From contig CAKURH010000003.1 in NCBI GenBank assembly GCA_934675625.1, positions 4,503 through 68,502 on the forward strand: DNA of 64,000 nucleotides, given 5' to 3'. Shown here in pieces: positions 58,198 to 64,000 of the stretch. Made by a program: the position numbers and the translations under genes. The notes under the pieces are model-generated. The model searched no databases and was not told where the DNA came from. It saw only the letters and a list, made by a program, of their open reading frames with translations. Origin of the DNA: an uncultured Kiritimatiellota bacterium (GTDB taxonomy: Bacteria > Verrucomicrobiota > Kiritimatiellia > RFP12 > UBA1067). The number at the start of each line of letters is the position of its first letter. The first letter of the stretch is position 1.

Positions 58198-60080
58198 TCT
58201 CTCCGTGCCTCCGTGACGCCGTGTGACTTTTCGGCCTGACTGTCTGCATAGAATTCGTAGCCGAGCGGCTTCACCGTGCGCCCCCGGTAGGCAACAGGCC
58301 TGTCCGAGTAGTTCACCGCGATTTCATCGCCGTTCGCCCACGTCGTCACAAAGGCGTCCGCCGCGATTTCGCGATGGTCGTCGATGAGCTCAAGCTGCAA
58401 GTGCTTCAGCGGCTGCCAGAGGTCATACATCCGCTTCATCGGCTCCAGCGTCTCGTATCGGTTGAAGTAGAACGTGGGACGTCCGCCCCATTCCAGCACC
58501 TTGAGAATCCGCGCCGAGGCGTCGGCGCCGCCCAGCCAGTCGCCCGGCCCCATTTTCGCAAGCGGGAGGCTGCCGTTCCCGTGCGGATAGGTCGGGTCGC
58601 ACGTCGAGAACGTCGGCTGGCTCATGATGATGCCGCCATAGGCGATCGGGAAGAGCGGCAGGATGCCGTCCGACATCCAGCGGCCCTCCTTCGGTTCCTC
58701 GTCCCGATACTGGTTGACGGGATACGGGCAGACAAAGAGCACGTTGTCGAGCGCGGGCGCGAAATGGTCGAAGCTCGACTCCGAGCTGTAGCCGCCAAAG
58801 GCCGCCCGCGCCTTGAGCGCCGTCTTCATCTGCCAGTCGGCCATCTGCTGCCGGTTCGCCGGATGGCGCGGGTCATGGCACGGCGTCGGGTAGCGCGCGC
58901 TCGTCACGTCCACGTGGTGCACGCCGTTGAGGCCCATGTCGCGCAACTGGCGGAAGTCGGCGTCGAGCCAGCGGTTGTTGACGACCTGAAAGCACGTGTG
59001 GTAGGCCAGCCCGCCCATGATGACCTGGTATTCGCGGCAGGTGCCGTCGACGTTCTTGCAGACGTCCTGCCGCTTCCAGAACTGGCCGCTCCCGCGATAG
59101 ATGTTGTGGTTGTTCACGTGCACGCTCATGCGGTAGCCAAGCGACTTGCCGAGCGCAATCGCCTCGCGCATCTTCGCCTCGCCGCCAAGCGGCTCGTAAA
59201 CCGGCCAGAGCTTCGGGAACGGCCCGTCGAAGCCGAGGTAGTTCCAGCCGACGATGCACATGTCCAGGTCGTCCATGCCCATCGCCTTGGCCTGCCGCAG
59301 GAGATCCATGTACGAATCGAACGTGCGGTTCACGACAATCGGCGGCATCGAGTAGTTCGGCATCTGCCGCGCATGTCCCTGGCAGTTCGCCAGTTTCGTG
59401 CGCACGTACATCGACTTCGCCGACCACGCGAGCGCCGGGTTGCCGACGATGCGCGCCTTCAGCGGCTTGACCCAGCCGCGCGCGAGGTTCCAGTCGCGAT
59501 ACTTCCGGGCCATGCCGGCGTAGCTCGCGTCCCTCCCCTCCAGCGGATAGACGTCAACGACGATGTCCTCGTAGGGATCGAACTCGATGCGGTCGATGTT
59601 GAAGCGCGGGAATATCCAGTACTTGCCCCGTTCGCCCTTTTCGGCGACGACCTTGAGCGAATATTCGAGGCGAAGGCCCTTCACGATGGCCACAAACGCA
59701 TAGGCGTCGCGCTTGACGCCGAAGATCGGCAGATGGCTCTCGCGGATCTCCAGTTCGCCCGCGTCCCGGTCGAAGCGCCCCCAGCGGTAGTCGCCGCTGA
59801 CCCAATAGCCCGGCCCCTTCGAGATGTACGCCGCCACGTCGGGGATGACGTCGAGCGTGCGCGCCTCGCGCGGGATGTCGGCCGTCGGCACGCGGTAGCG
59901 GTAGGCGCCGTCAGGCTCGCGCGTCGCCTGGATCCGGCGTTGCTGACACGGCTTTCCGTCGCCCGGCGTGATGCGCAGGACGCCCTGCTCGAATCGCGGA
60001 TTCGCCCAGAGGGCGGCCGCCGCGCCCGACAGCGCAACCGTCAGGATCCATGTGCGGCTCATTGTCTTTTTGTTTTTCAT
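58194..60080 (-). CDS. Secreted paralog C (type 1) of the same family
   Basis: Signal peptide MKNKKTMSRTWILTVALSGAAAALWA. Near-identical blocks to paralog A. A 16-aa C-terminal extension is read through the duplicated leader. Confidence 0.8.
   Translation of the reverse strand: MKNKKTMSRTWILTVALSGAAAALWANPRFEQGVLRITPGDGKPCQQRRIQATREPDGAYRYRVPTADIPREARTLDVIPDVAAYISKGPGYWVSGDYRWGRFDRDAGELEIRESHLPIFGVKRDAYAFVAIVKGLRLEYSLKVVAEKGERGKYWIFPRFNIDRIEFDPYEDIVVDVYPLEGRDASYAGMARKYRDWNLARGWVKPLKARIVGNPALAWSAKSMYVRTKLANCQGHARQMPNYSMPPIVVNRTFDSYMDLLRQAKAMGMDDLDMCIVGWNYLGFDGPFPKLWPVYEPLGGEAKMREAIALGKSLGYRMSVHVNNHNIYRGSGQFWKRQDVCKNVDGTCREYQVIMGGLAYHTCFQVVNNRWLDADFRQLRDMGLNGVHHVDVTSARYPTPCHDPRHPANRQQMADWQMKTALKARAAFGGYSSESSFDHFAPALDNVLFVCPYPVNQYRDEEPKEGRWMSDGILPLFPIAYGGIIMSQPTFSTCDPTYPHGNGSLPLAKMGPGDWLGGADASARILKVLEWGGRPTFYFNRYETLEPMKRMYDLWQPLKHLQLELIDDHREIAADAFVTTWANGDEIAVNYSDRPVAYRGRTVKPLGYEFYADSQAEKSHGVTEARRE
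58195..58227. repeat. 33-nt repeat (start codon plus 30-nt leader of type-2 genes), copy 1
   Basis: CATTCTCTCCGTGCCTCCGTGACGCCGTGTGAC is identical at 61914..61946. Confidence 0.9.
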
Positions 60081-60110
60081 GGTCTTCTGCCTGTCTTCGG
60101 ATTTTCCGTT

Positions 60111-61916
60111 TCAGTTCGCGGACGCATACAGCTCATACGCGAGCGGCTTCACCGCGCGCCCCCGGTAGGCGAAGTCCGAGGCCGTGTAGTTGACGACGAC
60201 CTCCTCGCCGTTCTCGTAGCGCGTCGCGAACACGTCCGGCGCGAGTTCGACATGCTCGCGGATGAACGCGAACTGCAGGTGCTTCAGCGGCTGCCAGAGG
60301 TCGTACATCCGCTTCATCGGCGCGAGGTCCCGGTAGTCCGCATAGTAGAACATCGGACGCCCGTTGAGCTCGAAGACCTTGAGCGTGCGCCGCGCCGGCG
60401 TCCCGAGATAGCCCGTGACCTCCGTGTGGGGGCCGACCGCGTCCGTCCGTCCGCTGCCTTCGCGCGGATAGGGCGCGTCAATCGTCGCGTAGAACGGATT
60501 CGACAGGATGATGCCGGAATACGCGACGTGCCAGACGGGGAAACAGCCTTCGACCAGTTCGGTCTTCGGACTGTGCCACCCCGGATAGCTGCTGACATAG
60601 AGCACGTTGTCCAGAATCGGCGCCACGTGGTCGATGCCGCATTCCGAGCTGAAGCCGCCGAAGCGGGCACGCGCCTTCTCGCCGATGCGCTTCTGCCACT
60701 CGGCCATGCGCGCACGGCTGTTCGGATGGCGCGGGTCGTGGCAGGGGATCGGCGCGGTGGCGCTCGTCACGTCGACGTGGAAGAGCCCGTTGATGCCGAA
60801 CGACGCCATGTCGTCCATGTCCTTGTCGCAATACCTGTTGCAGATGACCTCGAAGCAGCTGCGGTAGACCTGTCCGCCGGGATAGACGGTATACTTGATC
60901 GGCTGGCCGTACCGGTCCTTCGCGACGTCCGCCAGGTTCCAGCGCTTCGCGCTCCGGTAGAAGTTGTTCTGGTTGATGTGCATGTCCATGTGATAGCCGA
61001 GCGACCGTCCGTAGCGGATGGCCTCGACCATCTTCGCCTGCCCGCCGAAGCGTTCGTCCGCCGGGAAGAGGTCGGGGAACGGGCCATCGTGCCCGCCCGG
61101 CTGGAAGCCGACGAGGCACATCTCGGCCTGGTCGATGCCCATCTCCTTCGCGCGGCGCATGATGTCCTTGAAGTCGTCGAACGTGTGGTCGACCACGACG
61201 GGCGGCATCGCCTTCAGCCAGTCCGCCGGCCCCGACTTCGTGCGGTCGCAGCGGCCGAACTTGCAGCGGACGAAGATCGACTCGGCCGCATACGCGAGAT
61301 TGGGATTCCCCTTGACCCGTTCACGCAGCGGCTTCACCTCGCCACGGCCGAGCTGATAGGCGCGGTAGAGCCGCCCCATCGCCGAGTAGTTCGCGTCCGC
61401 GCCCGCAAGCGGATAGTAGTCGATGACGAAATCCTCGTAGGGATTGAACCCGACGGCCGTCAGGCGCAGCTGCACAAAGTGCTCGTAGACGCCCTCCCGC
61501 ACGTCGATGCCCTCGGTCGTCTCGTAGCGCATGCCCTTGACGATGCCGCACCAGGCCGTCTGCGGGCCCGTCTTGCCGCCAAAGAGCGTCGTGCGCAGAT
61601 CCATCCGAATCGGCTGGCCGTCCCGGCGCGTGTAGGCGCCCCAGCGCCCGTCATTCAGCATCCACCAGCCCGGTTCGCCCGCCCGGCAACGGCCCGCGAG
61701 GTTCAGGACGCGGATCGAGCGGATGTCGGGCGTCATCCGAATCGTCGGGAAGGCGAAGCGCCAGGCGCCATCCGGCTGTCGCGCCAGACGAACAACATTC
61801 GTCTCAACGGTGCCGTTCAGGCGCTCGACCGCCACTTCCGCCTGATCGAGCGGCCCCGCCGCCTCGGCGGCAAGCGCCGCGCAAAAAGCGACCGCAAAAA
61901 ACATCCCTTTCATCAT
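60111..61916 (-). CDS. Secreted paralog D (type 2) of the same family
   Basis: Signal peptide MMKGMFFAVAFCAALAAEAAG. Motifs as in paralog B. Confidence 0.8.
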   Translation of the reverse strand: MMKGMFFAVAFCAALAAEAAGPLDQAEVAVERLNGTVETNVVRLARQPDGAWRFAFPTIRMTPDIRSIRVLNLAGRCRAGEPGWWMLNDGRWGAYTRRDGQPIRMDLRTTLFGGKTGPQTAWCGIVKGMRYETTEGIDVREGVYEHFVQLRLTAVGFNPYEDFVIDYYPLAGADANYSAMGRLYRAYQLGRGEVKPLRERVKGNPNLAYAAESIFVRCKFGRCDRTKSGPADWLKAMPPVVVDHTFDDFKDIMRRAKEMGIDQAEMCLVGFQPGGHDGPFPDLFPADERFGGQAKMVEAIRYGRSLGYHMDMHINQNNFYRSAKRWNLADVAKDRYGQPIKYTVYPGGQVYRSCFEVICNRYCDKDMDDMASFGINGLFHVDVTSATAPIPCHDPRHPNSRARMAEWQKRIGEKARARFGGFSSECGIDHVAPILDNVLYVSSYPGWHSPKTELVEGCFPVWHVAYSGIILSNPFYATIDAPYPREGSGRTDAVGPHTEVTGYLGTPARRTLKVFELNGRPMFYYADYRDLAPMKRMYDLWQPLKHLQFAFIREHVELAPDVFATRYENGEEVVVNYTASDFAYRGRAVKPLAYELYASAN

Positions 61917-61946
61917 TCTCTCCGTGCCTCCGTGACGCCGTGTGAC
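61914..61946. repeat. 33-nt repeat, copy 2
   Basis: Identical to 58195..58227. Here it is intergenic. Confidence 0.9.
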
Positions 61947-61952
61947 CCTTGT

Positions 61953-64000
61953 TTACCGAATGAGCAGGAGCGACCCGCGCGCAAGCCGCAGGACGGGGCC
62001 GGTCGCCGCGCCACCGTCCGCGACAAGTTCGACGACCGCGCCCGCCGGCAGGCGGCCGAGCTCCAGAATCCCCGTCGCCGCGTCCAGTTCGCCCACGACG
62101 ACGCCGTTGACCTTCACGACGAGCTTGCCGTCCGTCACCGTCGCCCGAACCAGCCACGACAGGTCAGACGCCGCGTCCACGACCGCCGTGAGGCTGCCGC
62201 CGGACGCGAGCGAGAGCCGCCCGTCCTCTATGCGCACGTCGCCCGCTGTCCCTGTCACGGTCGCCGTGCCGCGCCGCGCGAACGCCTTCGTGCAGTCGGC
62301 CATCCGATCCAGCTCGTAGCAGCCGATGTCGATCGTGCCGTTCTGGACGCGCTGGACGCCCGCGAGATCCGTCCCGTCCGGCGCGGCCGCATTAGCGCCG
62401 CGATCCACACCGACGAAGTCCGCCGTCGGATGCCCGTCCCACGCTTCCGCCCAGGTTACCTCGACCGTCTGGTTGTCGAGGAGACAGTCCGTCGCGTTCA
62501 CGCCGTTCGTCACCACCCAGTTCCACGACTGCCAGCCAATCTTCGGCACGAGGCAGTTCACGAGCGTCGGCATCGCCATGTTCGCCATCGTCGGCGCGAG
62601 GATCAGCGCCGAGTTGCGGATGACCGCGCCGTCCGCCGCCTCGCCGAACGAGTAGGCGCGCGTCGCGTTGCCGAGGCTTGCGTTGTCATTGAGGAACGTG
62701 CAGCTGTCGATCCGCTCGTAGCCCTTCAGGAGGCTGCCGCCGCGATTGCCCGTGAAGAGGCAGTTCTCCGCGACGCGCAGCCAGCCGACGGAATACGCCC
62801 CGCCCATCGCCCAGTTGTTGCGGAACACGCACCGCCGGAACGTGCCGCCGACGACTGCGCCGTACTGATACGAATGGCTGTTCTCGATCACGCAGTCCTC
62901 GACGGTCGCCGTCGCGTCCGCCAGAACGCCCGCCGCGCAGCCGTCATCCGTCGCGGTCGCCTTCGTCTGGCAGAGCCCGTCCGCGACCGTGACGCCCTTC
63001 AGCGTCGCGCCGGCCATCAGGACAACGCCACGGACAAGCTCGCCCGCGCCCTCCGCCACGAAGCCGCCGCGAATCGTCGTCTGGTCGGACCCGGCACCTG
63101 CCAGCGTCATCTGCTCCCGCACGCAGACGCGCGCCGGCACGGCGAAGCTCTTGCCGTCGACAAGCGGCTGAAGCTGCGTCATCGTGCCCTCGGCATACGT
63201 GCCGGCCGCCAGATGCAGCGTGTCGCCGCAGCCGGCAACCGCGAGCGCCCCCGCCAGCGTCCGCTTCGCCGTCGCCGCCGTCAGGCCGTCGCCGCTGTCG
63301 TCCGGACGCGCCGCGTCCGCATAGACGTCCTTCGGCTCGTAGCGCGTCTGGAACGCGCCCGCCGTCACCTTCCCCGCCACGACTTCGACGGGATTCCCCT
63401 CCAGGTCGTCCACGAGAACCGTCCACGGCGCAGGCAGGCTGATCGCGGCCTTCTGCGCCACGTCCCACGCGCCGATCGCCGCCGAACCCGCCAAGAGACG
63501 GCCGAAGCCGCCGTCGGGATTGGCCACGAGGGCCGCATCCGTCGTGAAGCCGCCCGTCACGGCAATCGCGTACGGGTTCTGGTCGAAGACGGAGCCGACG
63601 GTCGGCGTCGCCTTCTCGAGCTTGCCGCCGCAGACGACGACACCCTGAAGGAAGCTCGACACCGAGGCCACGCTCTTCCACACGCCCTGATACCGTGCGG
63701 ACACGGTGCAGCAATTGGCCTCGCATCCGTTGGCCAGCAGCTGATTGTTCCTGAAGTCGTTCTCGTAGAGGTAGCACGACGAGAGAATCGCCTGACGCAC
63801 GACCGAATTGCCGCCCGTCGGCTGGGCGCTGCCGCGAATCACGCACCGCTGAAGCCAGCCGCCCCAGACGGCCGCCGCGTTGCCGCCCGCACAGTCCACG
63901 ACGTCGCTGTCGAGCAGCTGGACGCGCGTCATGTCAAAGCCCTGCGCCTTGTCCGCCGCGACGAAGAAGCCGCCGGCCTTCGCCGCGTCGCCCCACGTCT
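61953..64000 (-). CDS. Right-handed parallel beta-helix repeat protein (5' end beyond window)
   Basis: Track ORF 61953..63932, but the frame stays open to 64000 (…TWGDAAKAGGFFVAADKAQGFDMTRVQ…). Has the DUF1565-like opener TAKRTLAGALAVAGCGDTLHLAAGTYAEG. The protein ends ...RGSLLLIR. Confidence 0.8.
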   Translation of the reverse strand, partial: TWGDAAKAGGFFVAADKAQGFDMTRVQLLDSDVVDCAGGNAAAVWGGWLQRCVIRGSAQPTGGNSVVRQAILSSCYLYENDFRNNQLLANGCEANCCTVSARYQGVWKSVASVSSFLQGVVVCGGKLEKATPTVGSVFDQNPYAIAVTGGFTTDAALVANPDGGFGRLLAGSAAIGAWDVAQKAAISLPAPWTVLVDDLEGNPVEVVAGKVTAGAFQTRYEPKDVYADAARPDDSGDGLTAATAKRTLAGALAVAGCGDTLHLAAGTYAEGTMTQLQPLVDGKSFAVPARVCVREQMTLAGAGSDQTTIRGGFVAEGAGELVRGVVLMAGATLKGVTVADGLCQTKATATDDGCAAGVLADATATVEDCVIENSHSYQYGAVVGGTFRRCVFRNNWAMGGAYSVGWLRVAENCLFTGNRGGSLLKGYERIDSCTFLNDNASLGNATRAYSFGEAADGAVIRNSALILAPTMANMAMPTLVNCLVPKIGWQSWNWVVTNGVNATDCLLDNQTVEVTWAEAWDGHPTADFVGVDRGANAAAPDGTDLAGVQRVQNGTIDIGCYELDRMADCTKAFARRGTATVTGTAGDVRIEDGRLSLASGGSLTAVVDAASDLSWLVRATVTDGKLVVKVNGVVVGELDAATGILELGRLPAGAVVELVADGGAATGPVLRLARGSLLLIR

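Overview
This is a GC-rich bacterial chromosomal window. The secreted beta-helix and lectin proteins, the dense CAZyme content and the TGnTATAAT promoters look like a PVC-superphylum glycan degrader, but that taxon call is inference only. All ~37 genes I accept lie on the minus strand. The many long plus-strand ORFs in the track are Arg/Ala/Pro-rich antisense shadows.

Reading right to left (direction of transcription):
- **>64000..45829:** an ~18 kb operon. It holds a beta-helix protein, four tandem secreted paralogs of an unassigned glycanase-like family, a Na+/solute symporter, a bicupin, a glycyl-radical-enzyme (GRE) activase, a divergent 743-aa GRE, a PMI-like cupin and a GH127-like enzyme. 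The last six are joined by five consecutive ATGA overlaps.
- **45691..35059:** a housekeeping block with an HgdC/HgdB-type activase-dehydratase fusion, mutS, a GH29 fucosidase, an ABC-F ATPase, miaB and a XylR/AraC regulator.
- **34925..25107:** a visibly less GC-rich CAZyme block with a twin-lectin protein, a Tat metallophosphoesterase, a glycanase-like protein and an esterase-esterase-GH78 fusion.
- **25066..19867:** a clearly lower-GC ~5.1 kb island bounded by a perfect 27-bp direct repeat. It encodes a 1093-aa thrombospondin-type-3/NIDO-like membrane-anchored protein plus two coupled unknown ORFs.
- **19877..13072:** a degraded DUF2235 lipase remnant, dapB, an N-terminally truncated phosphomannomutase, a PHP phosphoesterase, pyrB, then nifU-like/iorB-like/eda/GH16.
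- **12937..1:** a GntR-led operon with two tandem clan GH-A paralogs, a beta-helix protein, a 1208-aa composite glycosidase and a GH2 beta-galactosidase that runs off the window.

I saw no rRNA, tRNA, CRISPR array, transposase or integrase.

The most promising candidates for undescribed biology are the sugar-locus-embedded GRE module with a non-canonical Cys loop, the duplicated four-gene paralog array, the repeat-flanked TSP3 island, and a shared C-terminal -L-x-I-R tail on three adhesin-like proteins.
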